Source: an uncultured delta proteobacterium (GTDB lineage: Bacteria; Desulfobacterota; Binatia; Binatales; Binataceae). Taken from it: a DNA stretch of 64,000 nucleotides. Each line of letters starts with the position of its first letter. Position 1 is the first letter of the stretch. The DNA lies in NCBI GenBank assembly GCA_963842085.1, contig CAWJET010000002.1:1120001-1184000 (forward strand), in the 5' to 3' direction. Positions 19,899 to 32,102 of the stretch are shown one piece after another. The notes under the pieces are model-generated. The model was not told where the DNA came from. It did not search any database and saw only the letters and a program-made list of their open reading frames with translations. Both the position numbers and the translations under genes were made by a program.

Positions 19899-21992
19899 CT
19901 ACTTGTCCTTGTCCGGTTCCTGCTGGGCCTCGCGCATCGAGAGCCGAATTTTGCCGCTGCGATCGACGTCGAGCACCTTGACGTTGATCTCGTCGCCTTC
20001 GTGCAGCACGTCCTCGACGCGGCGGATGCGCTCGTTCGAGATTTGCGAGATGTGGAGCAGACCGTCGGTGCCCGGCATTATCTCGACAAAGGCGCCGAAC
20101 TCGACGATCTTGCGGACCGTGCCGTGATAGATCTTGCCGACCTCGGGCTCGGCGGTGATGGCCTGGATCATGCTGATCGCTTTTTCCATCGCGGTCCCGT
20201 CCGCCGACGCGATCAGCACCGTGCCGTCGTCCTCAATATCGATCTTGCAGCCGGTCTGCTCGACCAGTCCGCGGATGACCTTGCCGCCGGGGCCGATCAC
20301 TTCGCGAATCTTGTCGGGCTTGATGTGCAGCGTGACGATTCGCGGCGCGTAGCTGGAGACGTCCTTGCGCGCCGTGGGCAGCGCCTTTTCCATCACGCCG
20401 AGGATGAACAGACGCGCGTCGCGCGCCTGATGCAGCGCCTGGCGCATAATGTCCTTGGACACGCCACCGGCCTTGTTGTCCATCTGGATCGCAGTAACGC
20501 CGGCCTTGGTGCCGGCGACCTTGAAGTCCATGTCGCCGAGGTGGTCCTCGTCGCCGAGGATGTCGGTCAGCACGCGGACCTTGTCGCCTTCCTTGACCAG
20601 GCCCATCGCGATGCCCGCGACCGGGGACTTGGTGGGCACGCCTGCATCCATCAACGCCAGGCTGCCGCCGCATACGGTGGCCATCGAGGAGCTGCCGTTG
20701 GATTCGAGCACGTCCGACACGACGCGAATCGTGTACGGGAAGTCGTCTTCGTTGGGAAGTATGGGTGCGAGCGCGCGTTCGGCGAGCGCGCCGTGGCCGA
20801 TTTCTCGCCGCGAGGGCGCGCGCAGAAACTTCACCTCGCCGGTTGAGAACGGCGGGAAGTTGTAATGCAGCATGAACTTCTTGAAACGCTCGCCAAGCAG
20901 CGCGTCGATCTTTTGTTCGTCGGACGACGTGCCGAGCGTGACGGTCGCGAGCGCCTGGGTCTCGCCGCGCGTGAACACCGCGGAGCCATGCGTGCGCGGG
21001 AGGACCTGCACGTCGGCGCTGACCTGGCGGATGTCGGTGGACTTGCGATCGTCGATTCGCTTGTCGTCGTCGAGGATCGCGAGCCGAACGCGAGTGCGCA
21101 CCAGGTAGTCGCAGGCGTCGACGATTTCCGCGTTGCGATCGGGAAACTTCTCGCCGAGCTCCGCCACGACCTTGTCGCTGACCGCGTACAGCGCGGCCGC
21201 GCGCTCCTTCTTGCCCTTGGTGGCAAGCGCTTTCTCGATTCCGTCGCCGATGCTCTTTTCGACGGCCGCCAACAGGGCCGCGTCGCGCTGCTTGACGGCG
21301 AATTCGCGCTTGGGCTTGCCCGCGCGCCGGCGCAATTCTTCCTGCATCGCGAACAGCGGCTGCATCGCCTCATGCGCCGTGAACAGCGCCTCGAGGATCG
21401 CCTCTTCGTCAACGATCTGCGCGCCGCCCTCGAGCATCATGATCGACTCGGGGTTGGCCGCGACGACCAGAGAGACGTCGCTGCCTTCGAGCTCGGTGTG
21501 GGTGGGATTGACGACAACTTTACCATCGACGCGGCCCATCCGGACCGACGCAACCGGGCCGTGGTGCGGAATGTCCGAGACCAGCAGCGCAGCCGAGGCC
21601 GCGATCAGCGAGAGCATGTCGGGATCGTTGTCGCGATCGGCGGACAGCACAGTGACGATTATTTGGGTTTCGCGATCGTAGCCCTTGGGAAACAGCGGAC
21701 GCATCGCGCGGTCGATCAGGCGCGAGGTGAGAATCTCTTTCTCGGAGGCGCGCCCTTCGCGCTTGAAAAAACCGCCGGGAATCTTGCCGGCCGCAAACGT
21801 CTTCTCGACGTAATCCACCGTGAGCGGCAGGAAGTCCATGTTGGGCCGCGCTTCGTACTGCGAGACCGCGGTCGCGAGGACTACGGTCTCGCCGTAGCTC
21901 GCGAGCACGCTGCCATGAGCCTGCTTGGCCAGGCGGCCGGTTTCGAGCGACAGCTTGCGCCCCGCAAAATCAATTTCGAGTTTTTCGTACAT
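19899..21992 (-). CDS. pnp: Polyribonucleotide nucleotidyltransferase
   Basis: Two RNase PH domains, RREIGHG, SNGSSSMA, GDMDFKVAG, and KH and S1 domains. Confidence 0.98.
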   Translation of the reverse strand: MYEKLEIDFAGRKLSLETGRLAKQAHGSVLASYGETVVLATAVSQYEARPNMDFLPLTVDYVEKTFAAGKIPGGFFKREGRASEKEILTSRLIDRAMRPLFPKGYDRETQIIVTVLSADRDNDPDMLSLIAASAALLVSDIPHHGPVASVRMGRVDGKVVVNPTHTELEGSDVSLVVAANPESIMMLEGGAQIVDEEAILEALFTAHEAMQPLFAMQEELRRRAGKPKREFAVKQRDAALLAAVEKSIGDGIEKALATKGKKERAAALYAVSDKVVAELGEKFPDRNAEIVDACDYLVRTRVRLAILDDDKRIDDRKSTDIRQVSADVQVLPRTHGSAVFTRGETQALATVTLGTSSDEQKIDALLGERFKKFMLHYNFPPFSTGEVKFLRAPSRREIGHGALAERALAPILPNEDDFPYTIRVVSDVLESNGSSSMATVCGGSLALMDAGVPTKSPVAGIAMGLVKEGDKVRVLTDILGDEDHLGDMDFKVAGTKAGVTAIQMDNKAGGVSKDIMRQALHQARDARLFILGVMEKALPTARKDVSSYAPRIVTLHIKPDKIREVIGPGGKVIRGLVEQTGCKIDIEDDGTVLIASADGTAMEKAISMIQAITAEPEVGKIYHGTVRKIVEFGAFVEIMPGTDGLLHISQISNERIRRVEDVLHEGDEINVKVLDVDRSGKIRLSMREAQQEPDKDK

Positions 21993-22148
21993 TAGTGATA
22001 CCTGAGGGAGGACTGAGGCCGCGCGACGATTGCGGTTTTTTCACTGCCCGCGTGGCGTCACAGGGGACGCGCCTTGTTACCTGCCAGGGTGGCAGCCAAG
22101 GCCCGCGCGCCCGGTGCGTTGAGGGCGTCGCGGCAGAATATGTGCGGC

Positions 22149-22418
22149 CTACCTCCGGATGCCGAGCTTTTCGATCAGCCCTTTGTAGCGCGTGAAATCG
22201 CGCGAATGCAGGTAATCAAGCAGGCGACGACGCTTGCCGACCAATCGCAAAAGACCGCGGCGCGTGTGATGATCCTTTTTGTGCGCCGCGAGATGCTCGG
22301 TCAACTGGTCGATCCGGGCCGAGAGCAGCGCGACCTGAACTTCAGGCGAGCCACTGTCGTTGCTGGTTCGAGCGTTGGCTTGGATGACTTCCCGCTTTCG
22401 GGCTGCTGGCAGAGGCAT
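22149..22418 (-). CDS. rpsO: 30S ribosomal protein S15
   Basis: [12 protein letters not shown] and [12 protein letters not shown]. Confidence 0.98.
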   Translation of the reverse strand: MPLPAARKREVIQANARTSNDSGSPEVQVALLSARIDQLTEHLAAHKKDHHTRRGLLRLVGKRRRLLDYLHSRDFTRYKGLIEKLGIRR

Positions 22419-22502
22419 TCGGAGTTCTTACTTTCCCTTTTCCTTTATCTTAGCCGACCAAAATAACAGAGCCGGCAGGGGGAGTAAAGGCAGGGGGAGC
22501 CG

Positions 22503-22800
22503 TGGCATTCTAAACGCAGCGAGCAACGCGAGCGCGGAGAAGAATCTCGGACAGCGGCGCGGTAAGCGCCGCCGGTTCCGGTTTTGCGTGGCTGCGTCCA
22601 ATGAGAGCGCCGGAGGTTTGCGCGAGCGACAGCGCCAACCAAGGACCGCTTCGCGATTTCTAAACCGGTACCGGCTTCGCTGGCGCGAAGCTGTCCGAGG
22701 TCCCTCCGCCCGTCGCTAACGCTCCCGTCGTCGGGATGACAAACTGTGGCGCGTTGCTCCTTCGGTCAGGATGACACCAAAAAATTCGGTCAGGATGACA
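22503..22800. repeat. Inverted doublet of repeat family B (~22503-22599 and 22641-22741) plus two extra TTCGGTCAGGATGACA ends (22761-22776, 22785-22800)
   Basis: Alignable with 7468-7568 in both orientations. Confidence 0.8.
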
Positions 22801-22838
22801 GCAAAAAGGTGGACGGAAGAAATTTGCAAAGTGCGGGA

Positions 22839-23732
22839 TCAGGCTTCGAGATTGAAAATTCGCTCGACTATCGCCGTTACTCGCGAGGTTGCGCGCGCTA
22901 CTGCGATCAACTCGCCATGTTGCGAAATCACCTTGAAGAGCGACGCGCCTTGGGGAACCTGGGAATCCAGCACGCGGGAGTCGCCGTTGCGCAGGCGTTT
23001 TTCGTCGGCGATATCGACCACCAGCTCCGGCATGCCGACGAGCGCGGCGCGAGGAGAAATCAGACGCAGCGTCGGCGCGCCGGAATCGAGCGCGGCGAGG
23101 ACGTCTGCGAGCGGCATCGCGTCGGTGAGCGAGAACGCGCCGTTGCGGGTGCGGCGGAGTTGCTCGAGATGCGCGACCGTCCCGAGTGCGACGCCGAGAT
23201 CGCGCGCGAGCGCGCGAGCATAAGTGCCGGGGGAGCATGTCGCGACGAATCGAATCGCGGCGGGCGCTTCGTAGGTGAGATCGAGGCGCTTGATCTCGAC
23301 GCTACGTCTCTCGGGCGGTGCAACATCGTCGCCGCGGCGCGCGAGCCGGTAGAGTGGCACGCCGGCGCGTTTGATCGCGGAGTACACCGGAGGAACCTGC
23401 TCGATCGCGCCGGTGAACCGGGCGGCGACTCGCGCGAGTTTCTCGGCAGAGATCTCGGGCACCTTGGCCCGGCGGACGACGGCGCCGTCGCGATCGAGCG
23501 TGTCGGTCTCGACGCCAAGCCGGATCAGGCCCGCGTACTGCTTGTCGCCGCCGTCGATAAACGGCGCCAGCTTGGTCGCTTCGCCAATCATGATCGGCAG
23601 CAGCCCGGTCGCGAACGGATCGAGCGTGCCGAGATGTCCGACGCGAGCCGGCTTCACGCGCGATTTGACGCGGCGCACCACTTCTGCCGACGAGATTCCA
23701 GCAGGCTTATCCACCAACAAGATTGCGTTCAT
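22839..23732 (-). CDS. truB: tRNA pseudouridine(55) synthase
   Basis: VDKPAG, GHLGTLDPFATG, QVPPVYSAIK and CSPGTYARAL. Confidence 0.96.
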   Translation of the reverse strand: MNAILLVDKPAGISSAEVVRRVKSRVKPARVGHLGTLDPFATGLLPIMIGEATKLAPFIDGGDKQYAGLIRLGVETDTLDRDGAVVRRAKVPEISAEKLARVAARFTGAIEQVPPVYSAIKRAGVPLYRLARRGDDVAPPERRSVEIKRLDLTYEAPAAIRFVATCSPGTYARALARDLGVALGTVAHLEQLRRTRNGAFSLTDAMPLADVLAALDSGAPTLRLISPRAALVGMPELVVDIADEKRLRNGDSRVLDSQVPQGASLFKVISQHGELIAVARATSRVTAIVERIFNLEA

Positions 23733-23816
23733 GGCGAGATCCGTGACCTTAGCCGATAGCGACGCGGCGCTTAAGACTATTCGATCCACCCGGACGGCAG
23801 CGATACGATCGCATTC

Positions 23817-25133
23817 GTGGACGCCTCGTCATCTATTGCAAAACATGTCGTGATCATCGGCGGCGGGTTCGGCGGAATCGCGGCGGCACGGGCGCTCAAG
23901 CGCGCACCGGTACGGCTGACGATGATCGACCGTCGCAACCATCACCTGTTCCAGCCGTTGCTGTACCAGGTGGCGACGGCGGCGCTGAATCCGAGCGATA
24001 TCGCGTCGCCGATACGGCGGATTCTGCGCCGCCAGCGCAACGCCAGCGTGATTCTTGGCGAAGCGACTTCGATCGACACGCGGCGAAAGGTCGTGCAACT
24101 CGCCGACGGCGAAGCCGCGTACGATTATCTGATCGTCGCGACCGGAGCCACGCATTCGTACTTCGGGCATGACGAATGGCTCGAGCCGGCGCCGGGGCTG
24201 AAGACGCTCGAGGACGCGGTCGAGATTCGCCGGCGCGTACTGGTCGCGTACGAAGCGGCAGAGCGCGAGGTCGATGCGGCGGAAGTCGCGAACTGGATGA
24301 CGTTCGTGATAATCGGCGCGGGGCCGACGGGGGTCGAGATGGCGGGTGCGCTGGCCGAGATTTCGCGGCGCGTGCTCGAGCGCGATTTTCGAAAAGTTGA
24401 TCCCGGCAAGGCGCGAATCGTGCTGATTGAGGCGGGCTCGCGCGTGCTGCCCGCGATGTCTCCGCAATCATCGGTGAGCGCGCGTCGGCAACTGGAGCGG
24501 CTGGGCGTCGAGGTAATCACCGACTCGCCGGTGATGGCGGTCGACGACCGCGGCGTCATGCATGGCGGCAAACGGCTCGACTCGCGCACGGTGATCTGGG
24601 CGGCGGGCGTGGCCGCGTCGCCATTGGGCAAGGGGCTGGGCACCGAGGTCAAGCTGGATCGCGCGGGCCGCGTGATCGTGAATCAGGATCTTTCGGTGGC
24701 GGGCGCCGATGGCGTGTTCGTGATCGGCGACCTTGCGTCGATCTCGTCGGACGGCAAGCCGGTGCCGGGACTGTCACCGGCCGCGTTACAGGAAGGGCAG
24801 CATGCGGCGAAGAACATCATGCGATCGATTCGCAGCGAGCCAACGCTGCCGTTCCGCTACCGCGACAAAGGCACGCTTGCGACGATTGGCAAGGCGGCCG
24901 CAGTCGCCGACATAAGGGGGCTGCATCTCAGCGGACTCGTCGCATGGCTGATGTGGCTGTTCGTGCACATTTTCTTTCTGATCGGATTTCGCAACCGGTT
25001 CATCGTGATCGTCGAATGGGCGTGGACCTACGTGCGCAACGATCGCGGCGCGCGACTGATCACAGGCGACGTCGAGCCGCTGCTGGAACGCGGCGCGAAA
25101 TCAGAAGGTCGCGAACGGATGTTGTCGAAGTGA
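23817..25133 (+). CDS. ndh: Type II NADH dehydrogenase
   Basis: GGGFGG, HLFQPLLYQVAT, GAGPTGVEMAG, WAAG and GD motifs, plus a C-terminal amphipathic segment. Confidence 0.92.
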   Translation: MDASSSIAKHVVIIGGGFGGIAAARALKRAPVRLTMIDRRNHHLFQPLLYQVATAALNPSDIASPIRRILRRQRNASVILGEATSIDTRRKVVQLADGEAAYDYLIVATGATHSYFGHDEWLEPAPGLKTLEDAVEIRRRVLVAYEAAEREVDAAEVANWMTFVIIGAGPTGVEMAGALAEISRRVLERDFRKVDPGKARIVLIEAGSRVLPAMSPQSSVSARRQLERLGVEVITDSPVMAVDDRGVMHGGKRLDSRTVIWAAGVAASPLGKGLGTEVKLDRAGRVIVNQDLSVAGADGVFVIGDLASISSDGKPVPGLSPAALQEGQHAAKNIMRSIRSEPTLPFRYRDKGTLATIGKAAAVADIRGLHLSGLVAWLMWLFVHIFFLIGFRNRFIVIVEWAWTYVRNDRGARLITGDVEPLLERGAKSEGRERMLSK

Positions 25134-25152
25134 GAGGCCCGGGCGGACGGGC

Positions 25153-25503
25153 TCAGTCCTTGTGGGTGGACTCTTTCAGCAGCTCATCAATGCGGGCGGC
25201 GCGTTCGAGGGCGGGATCGAATTCGAAATCCAGCTCGGGCGTGTATCTGAGGCCGAGCGCCTTGCCGATTTCGCGGCGGATGAAGCCGCTGGCGCTCCTG
25301 AAGCCGGCGACCGCGGCTGGGGCGCGCACGGAGCCTTCGAGGTGCGAGAAGTAGACGCGGCCGTGGCGCAAGTCGTCGTCCATCTTTACGGCCGTGAGCG
25401 TAATACCGCGCAGGCGCGGATCGCGCAGATCGCGCACCAGCAGCCCCCACAGCTCTCTCAAAATCGCTTCGGCGACTCGCTCCGGTCTCCGACCTTCAGG
25501 CAA
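25153..25503 (-). CDS. rbfA: Ribosome-binding factor A
   Basis: RRPERVAE..DLRDPR and GLRYTPELDFEFD. TTG start at 25503 after GGGGAAG. Confidence 0.93.
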   Translation of the reverse strand: MPEGRRPERVAEAILRELWGLLVRDLRDPRLRGITLTAVKMDDDLRHGRVYFSHLEGSVRAPAAVAGFRSASGFIRREIGKALGLRYTPELDFEFDPALERAARIDELLKESTHKD

Positions 25504-25517
25504 CGTACTTCCCCGTC

Positions 25518-25805
25518 TTAGTAGTTGATAATTTCGAGCTGCTCTTCGCCGAGCGGGACCATGCCCAGCGAATCGATAAAGTTGACGACCTCGCGCAGCG
25601 CCCGGTCCACGAACGCGCGATCGCTGCCGACCTGCGCGATGCCCAATTCGGCGCGCTGCCACAGGTCGTGGCCGTCGGACTCGGCGATCGAGACGTTGAA
25701 CTTGTTGCGGACGCGATCCTTGATTGCGCGCAGCACCTGTCGCTTGCCCTTGAGCGAATGATTCTCCGGCAAAAACAGGGTCAGCCGCATGACGCCGATG
25801 ACCAT
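25518..25805 (-). CDS. DUF503 (YlxP-like) protein
   Basis: HSLKGKR...KFNVSIAE...DLWQRA; conserved position after infB. Confidence 0.9.
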   Translation of the reverse strand: MVIGVMRLTLFLPENHSLKGKRQVLRAIKDRVRNKFNVSIAESDGHDLWQRAELGIAQVGSDRAFVDRALREVVNFIDSLGMVPLGEEQLEIINY

Positions 25806-25867
25806 GATGATACGCCCCCTCCGCCAACGCGCACGCCGCGCGCCCGGAACGACCAACGAACCGCAGT

Positions 25868-28801
25868 CTAAGGCTGTAGCTGCTTTTCGACCGCCGCCTG
25901 GCCGCGCACCGTCTGTGGGCTGGGCGCGGCGAGCTTGCGCAGAATGGCTTCCATCTCGAACGCTTCAATCATGTCGTCCGGTTTCACGTCGTTGAAATTT
26001 TCGAGCGCGATGCCGCATTCGTAGCCCTGCGCGACTTCGCGCACGTCGTCCTTGAAGCGCTTGAGCGTGGCGAACTTGCCCTCCCACACCGGGCGTCCGT
26101 CGCGCACCAGCCGCGCGCGCGCGCCGCGCACAATCTTGCCGTCGACGACCATGCATCCCGCGACGGTGGCGCCGGGCACGTTGAAAATCTTGCGGACTTC
26201 GGCGCGTCCGAGCGCCTTCTCGCGGTAGGTCGGCGCGAGCAGTCCTTCCATCGCCTCGCGCATGTCGTTGATCGCTTCGTAGATGACAGTGTAGAGGCGA
26301 ATCTCGACACCTTCTTTCTCCGCCAGGCTCGCGGCCTTCGGTTCGGGACGGATATTGAAGCCGATTATGATGGCTTTGGAAGCCGACGCGAGCGTAACGT
26401 CGGTCTCCGAGATCGCGCCCGCCGAGGCGTGAATTACCTCGAGCTTGACTTCGTCCGTAGACAGCCGCGCCAGCGCGTCGGCCAACGCTTCGACCGAGCC
26501 CTGCACGTCGCCCTTGAGAATAACTTTGAGTTCCTTGACCTCACCCGCCGCCATCCGCTGGCTCAAGTCTTCGAGCGAGATGCGGCTGGTCTTGGCTAGT
26601 TCGCCTTCGCGCTGCTTGCCGCGGCGATACTCGGCGACCTGGCGCGCCTTCGATTCCTCGACCACCGCGGTAAACACGGTGCCCGGCTCGGGAACGCTGG
26701 AAAGACCGAAAATCTCAACCGGGGTGGATGGGCCTGCCTCGGTCAGACGCTGTCCGAGATGATTCTGCATCGCGCGCACACGTCCGTACGAGGTTCCGCT
26801 GACGAAGGGATCGCCCTGATGCAGCGTGCCTTCCTGGATCAGCACCGTGGCGACGGGGCCGCGGCCGCGGTCGAGCTGCGACTCGATGATCGTGCCGCGG
26901 GCGGCGCGCGACGGATTGGCCTTGAGCTCCATCACGTCGGCCTGCAGCAGGATCATCTCGAGCAGCTTATCGATTCCCTCGCCGGTGCGGGCTGAGACCG
27001 GCACCGTAATCGTGTCGCCGCCGTAGTCTTCGGGCACCAGTCCGACCTGGGTCAGCCGCTGCTTGACGTTGTCGACATTTGCGTCGGGCAGATCGATCTT
27101 GTTGATCGCGACAATGATTGGCACGTTGGCCGCGCGCGCGTGATTGATCGCCTCCTGCGTCTGCGGCATCACGCCTTCGTTGGCCGCGACCACCAGCACG
27201 ACGATGTCGGTGACCTTGGCGCCGCGCGCGCGCATCGCAGTGAACGCTTCGTGACCGGGAGTATCGACGAAGGCGATCGTCCGCCCGTTGGCTTCGACCG
27301 TGTACGCGCCGATGTGCTGCGTGATTCCGCCGAACTCGCGCGCCGTCACGTTGGTGTGGCGAATCGCGTCGAGCAGCGAGGTTTTGCCGTGATCGACATG
27401 GCCCATCACGGTGACGACCGGCGGCCGCGTGACGCTCTCGCCGACGACCGCTTCCTCGGGCGCCTCCTCGATGACTTGCTCGGCATCGAAGGAAACGTTC
27501 TCGACGCTGTAGCCGAACTCACCCGCCAGCAGCGTGGCGGTGTCGACGTCGAGCACCTGGTTCAGCGTCGCCATCTGGCCGAGTTCCATCAATTTCTTGA
27601 TCAAGTCGCCGGCCTTGACGCCCATCGAGCGGCCGAGGTCGCCGACCGTGACGCCCTCGGTAATTCGCACCACGCGCTTGGAGGCCTTGGGCGTGGTGAT
27701 CTCGGTCTTGCGCTGTTCCTTGCCGGGCAGCGCACGGCGCTTCTTCGGCACCCGCAGCCCGCGCATCTCGCGCTCGGCGGCGAGATCGGTGCTGCCCTTC
27801 TTGACGACTTTCTTCTTCTTTATTCCGCGTCCGCCGCCGGGCTTGGCCACTTGATCGGGTGGAAGCTGCGGCATTCCGTCCGCCGGCTGCGCGGGCTGCT
27901 GCTGCGGCGGCGCGAAACGTCCTGTGAGTCCCGGCCGAGAACTCGGGGCGCCCGCCGCCCCACGCGAACCGGGCGACGCGGGCCGCGGCGGCGGCGCCTT
28001 GGGCCGCAGATCGATCTTGCCAAGGACCTTGGGCCCTTTCTGTCCGTCGTCCAGCGTCGGTCCGGTCTGAGAGCCGCGCGTCAGGTTGATCGAACCGCGC
28101 TCGGCCGCTTCCGCCGGGCGCACACGATCGGTGCGATAACCAAAGCGCGAGGACGGCGCCGCCGGCACTGCTTCGGGTGCAGACGCGGCTTCGGCTTCGA
28201 CCGGCGCATGCTCTGGCTCGCGCGCAGCGATCTGCGGCTCGGGTTTGAGTTCCACGTCCTCAAGATGGACGACATCCTCGGGCAGGTGAGCCTCGTAGTC
28301 GGCCGCGCCAATCTCTTCGATTTCAGGCTCCGGCCTGACGACCACTGGCTCGGGCGCGCTATGCGGCTCGACTGCCGGGGCCTCCGCATGATGCCCCGCG
28401 TCGAACATGACCGGTGTCTCTGGCGCCGCCTCGGATGAATCGCCGAGAAAGGGCGCCCCGAACGAGTCATCGCGGGTCTCTTCGACTTCGAAATGGAAAG
28501 GCGTCTCTGCGCCGCCGACGGGCTGGCCGCCCTCGGCATGGCGCCGGCGCATCACGGTGGCGTTCAGGCGCTTTTCCAGAATCTTTCCGCTGCTCGTTTC
28601 GAGTACGGTTTCGCGGCGCAGGATCGACGCGCGATGCGCCTGCTCGTCGAGATCGGCCTTCAGCCGGTCCGCCTCTTCGGGCGAGAGCAGGCTCGACTCG
28701 GACTGCGTATGCCCGAGCTTGAGACGGGCGCATCCGGCGAGCAAATCCTCGACCGGAAAGCCCCATTCACTGGCAAGAGTTTTGATCCGCTTTCGCGCCA
28801 T
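25868..28801 (-). CDS. infB: Translation initiation factor IF-2
   Basis: [24 protein letters not shown] and [11 protein letters not shown]. Confidence 0.98.
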   Translation of the reverse strand: MARKRIKTLASEWGFPVEDLLAGCARLKLGHTQSESSLLSPEEADRLKADLDEQAHRASILRRETVLETSSGKILEKRLNATVMRRRHAEGGQPVGGAETPFHFEVEETRDDSFGAPFLGDSSEAAPETPVMFDAGHHAEAPAVEPHSAPEPVVVRPEPEIEEIGAADYEAHLPEDVVHLEDVELKPEPQIAAREPEHAPVEAEAASAPEAVPAAPSSRFGYRTDRVRPAEAAERGSINLTRGSQTGPTLDDGQKGPKVLGKIDLRPKAPPPRPASPGSRGAAGAPSSRPGLTGRFAPPQQQPAQPADGMPQLPPDQVAKPGGGRGIKKKKVVKKGSTDLAAEREMRGLRVPKKRRALPGKEQRKTEITTPKASKRVVRITEGVTVGDLGRSMGVKAGDLIKKLMELGQMATLNQVLDVDTATLLAGEFGYSVENVSFDAEQVIEEAPEEAVVGESVTRPPVVTVMGHVDHGKTSLLDAIRHTNVTAREFGGITQHIGAYTVEANGRTIAFVDTPGHEAFTAMRARGAKVTDIVVLVVAANEGVMPQTQEAINHARAANVPIIVAINKIDLPDANVDNVKQRLTQVGLVPEDYGGDTITVPVSARTGEGIDKLLEMILLQADVMELKANPSRAARGTIIESQLDRGRGPVATVLIQEGTLHQGDPFVSGTSYGRVRAMQNHLGQRLTEAGPSTPVEIFGLSSVPEPGTVFTAVVEESKARQVAEYRRGKQREGELAKTSRISLEDLSQRMAAGEVKELKVILKGDVQGSVEALADALARLSTDEVKLEVIHASAGAISETDVTLASASKAIIIGFNIRPEPKAASLAEKEGVEIRLYTVIYEAINDMREAMEGLLAPTYREKALGRAEVRKIFNVPGATVAGCMVVDGKIVRGARARLVRDGRPVWEGKFATLKRFKDDVREVAQGYECGIALENFNDVKPDDMIEAFEMEAILRKLAAPSPQTVRGQAAVEKQLQP

Positions 28802-28811
28802 CCCAGTTATA

Positions 28812-29096
28812 CTATTCGACCTTTGAGTTTCTATCCAGTCGGAGTTTGATTGCTTCCGCTATCTCGAGCCGCTCGGGACGATCTATTTTCCGCCGGAGGG
28901 CGCGGAACTCCTTAACTTTTGAACTGACAAACCGCTCGACGCATTCGAGCGTCGGATGCAAATAGCCGCCGCGCCCTTGCTGTCGCGCCTCGAAGTCGAC
29001 TTCGACATGTCCGTTAACGACCGCAATCCGTACCATCGCTGCCTTCGCATCCTGCTTAATACATCCGATGCAAGTACGCTCGGGCGATTTAGCCAG
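28812..29096 (-). CDS. ylxR: YlxR/DUF448 protein with a probable CTG start
   Basis: The frame extends upstream of the annotated ATG to CTG-GCT-AAA-TCG-CCC-GAG-CGT-ACT-TGC-ATC-GGA-TGT (PERTCIGC); GRGGYL motif; between nusA and infB. Confidence 0.85.
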   Translation of the reverse strand: MAKSPERTCIGCIKQDAKAAMVRIAVVNGHVEVDFEARQQGRGGYLHPTLECVERFVSSKVKEFRALRRKIDRPERLEIAEAIKLRLDRNSKVE

Positions 29097-30497
<1,401 letters not shown>

Positions 30498-30588
30498 ACC
30501 GCCTCCCCGGGGCGCAGACAGAGCTGTGCGCCTATTTTTTTGGTCGCTCCCGAGCCGCGGGAGCCTGTGCATTTATTCGTCGAATGAG

Positions 30589-31074
30589 TCATTTGTCAAA
30601 ATTGTATTCATAATTCGCGCCCGACATCTCGTCGAAACCGATCGCCTGCCGCTTGCGGCTCGTCTCGTCGTCAAGCTCGATTCCACTTTCACTGACCGCG
30701 ACGAGCTTGCCCACGAACGACTTCTGCCCATCGCGCGCGCGATGCGTCCGCACCTTCACCCGCTCGCCCTTGACCGCCTCGAAATGCTCGAGTTTGCGCA
30801 ACGGCCGGTTGATTCCCGGCGACGCGACCTCCAGCGTGTAGCGGCCCTCGACCGGGTCGTATACGTCGAGCAAATCGCCCAGCGTCGGGCTCAACTTCTC
30901 CAGGTCGCTCAGGGCAATTCCGCCGCCCGGCTTGTCGACCAGCAGCCGCAGCAGCGAATTTCGCGTGCCTTTGCGAAAATCCACCGAAACCAGTTCATAG
31001 CCCTGGCGTTCGATATGCGGCTCGAGCAGCGCGGCCACCTTTTCCGCCGTCGGATGAAGCGTCAGGGCGATCAT
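30589..31074 (-). CDS. rimP: Ribosome maturation factor RimP
   Basis: YTLEVASPGINRPL; first gene of the nusA-infB operon. Confidence 0.95.
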   Translation of the reverse strand: MIALTLHPTAEKVAALLEPHIERQGYELVSVDFRKGTRNSLLRLLVDKPGGGIALSDLEKLSPTLGDLLDVYDPVEGRYTLEVASPGINRPLRKLEHFEAVKGERVKVRTHRARDGQKSFVGKLVAVSESGIELDDETSRKRQAIGFDEMSGANYEYNFDK

Positions 31075-31152
31075 CTGCTCTCACCTCTCCGCTCGATGCG
31101 ACCGTCGGCCCGCGGCCGGCTTATGTCACGAAACCCTTTTTGCGACACCAAC

Positions 31153-31176
31153 AAAAAAGTGGGCGCGCGCCCACTT
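31153..31176 (-). promoter_or_regulatory. rimP-leader hairpin with a U-tail (attenuator-like)
   Basis: Minus strand AAGTGGGC-GCGC-GCCCACTTTTTT, ~80 nt upstream of rimP. Confidence 0.65.
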
Positions 31177-31364
31177 CACAACAAGCAGGATACCACCGCA
31201 GCCAACCTGTCAGCAAGCCACGTCAATTGCCGACGCGTGGCTTCGCTTTTGCCGCCGATGTAGATCTGTTTGCAGGCTGGCGTCGCATGAAGCCCCACCT
31301 CCCTGCCCACTCGGATGAAACGCGCGCCTCCCGGGCGCAAGCCGCATAGCTGGAGTCTAGTAAA

Positions 31365-31946
31365 ATGCGTATCGAACCACTCGAAGAAAAGCAGATGAGC
31401 TGGATGCTGAAGCCGCTGACCTGGATGATGAAGCGGCAGATTGGCAAAGTGGTAAATCCGTTCAAGGCGTGGGCGTACCGCCCCGGCATCACGATCGGGA
31501 TGGCGATCTTCATGCAGTCGATCGAAGGCTCCAAGGTCACGCCGCCGGCCTTGAAGCGCATGGTTTGTCTGCGCGCCGCACAGATGGTCGGCTGCGTTTT
31601 CTGAATAGATATCAACGCTGCCGGCGGCAGCAAGGTCGGAATCAGCGACGAGAAACTCGCCGCGCTGGCGGACTACCAGGAAAATCCGCTGTTCACGCCC
31701 GCCGAGCGCGCGGCGCTGCGCTACACCGAGGAGATGACGCTGAGCTCGGTCAATGTTCCCGACGAGGTCTTCGACGAGCTCAAGCGCCACTTCAACACCG
31801 AGCAAATCGTCGATTTGACTGCGACCGTCGCGCTCGAGAACATGCGCGCACGATTCAATCGCGCGCTGCAAATCGAAAGCGACAGTTTCTGCATGCTGCC
31901 GGCGCATCACCCCGCCTTGGCCTCGGATGGTGCCTCATTGAAATAG
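31365..31946 (+). CDS. AhpD/carboxymuconolactone decarboxylase family protein, probable selenoprotein (CxxU)
   Basis: ORF 31365-31604 ends ...QMVGCVF-TGA. The same frame continues IDINAAGGSKVGISDEKLAAL...FTPAERAALRYTEEMT...EQIVDLTATVALEN to TAG 31946. SECIS-like hairpin at 31617-31631. Confidence 0.85.
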
Positions 31947-32102
31947 CCGGCGCACGACTGACCGGGAGCGCGGATTCAGTTCTAAATCCAGATTTTCTCG
32001 ATTCGCGCGAGCCTGATAGTATCCTCGATGTTACTCCCGCGGGCCGTAACTCCGGCCCCACGGCGGAGTTATGCCGTTGGGGAGTTAGAAGGCAATCTCA
32101 CG

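Noticed and set aside
22474-22499. GGCAGGGGGAG direct repeat upstream of rpsO as an S15 autoregulatory leader
   Set aside because: The position is plausible, but I could not derive a convincing structure by eye.
22761-22800. Possible mini-CRISPR (TTCGGTCAGGATGACA x2)
   Set aside because: The spacer is only 8 bp, and the unit is the terminal motif of repeat family B.
31365-31604. AhpD gene as a nonsense pseudogene or two separate small genes
   Set aside because: The stop is TGA exactly at a catalytic Cys position with a downstream hairpin, and both halves are otherwise intact. Sec recoding is more parsimonious.
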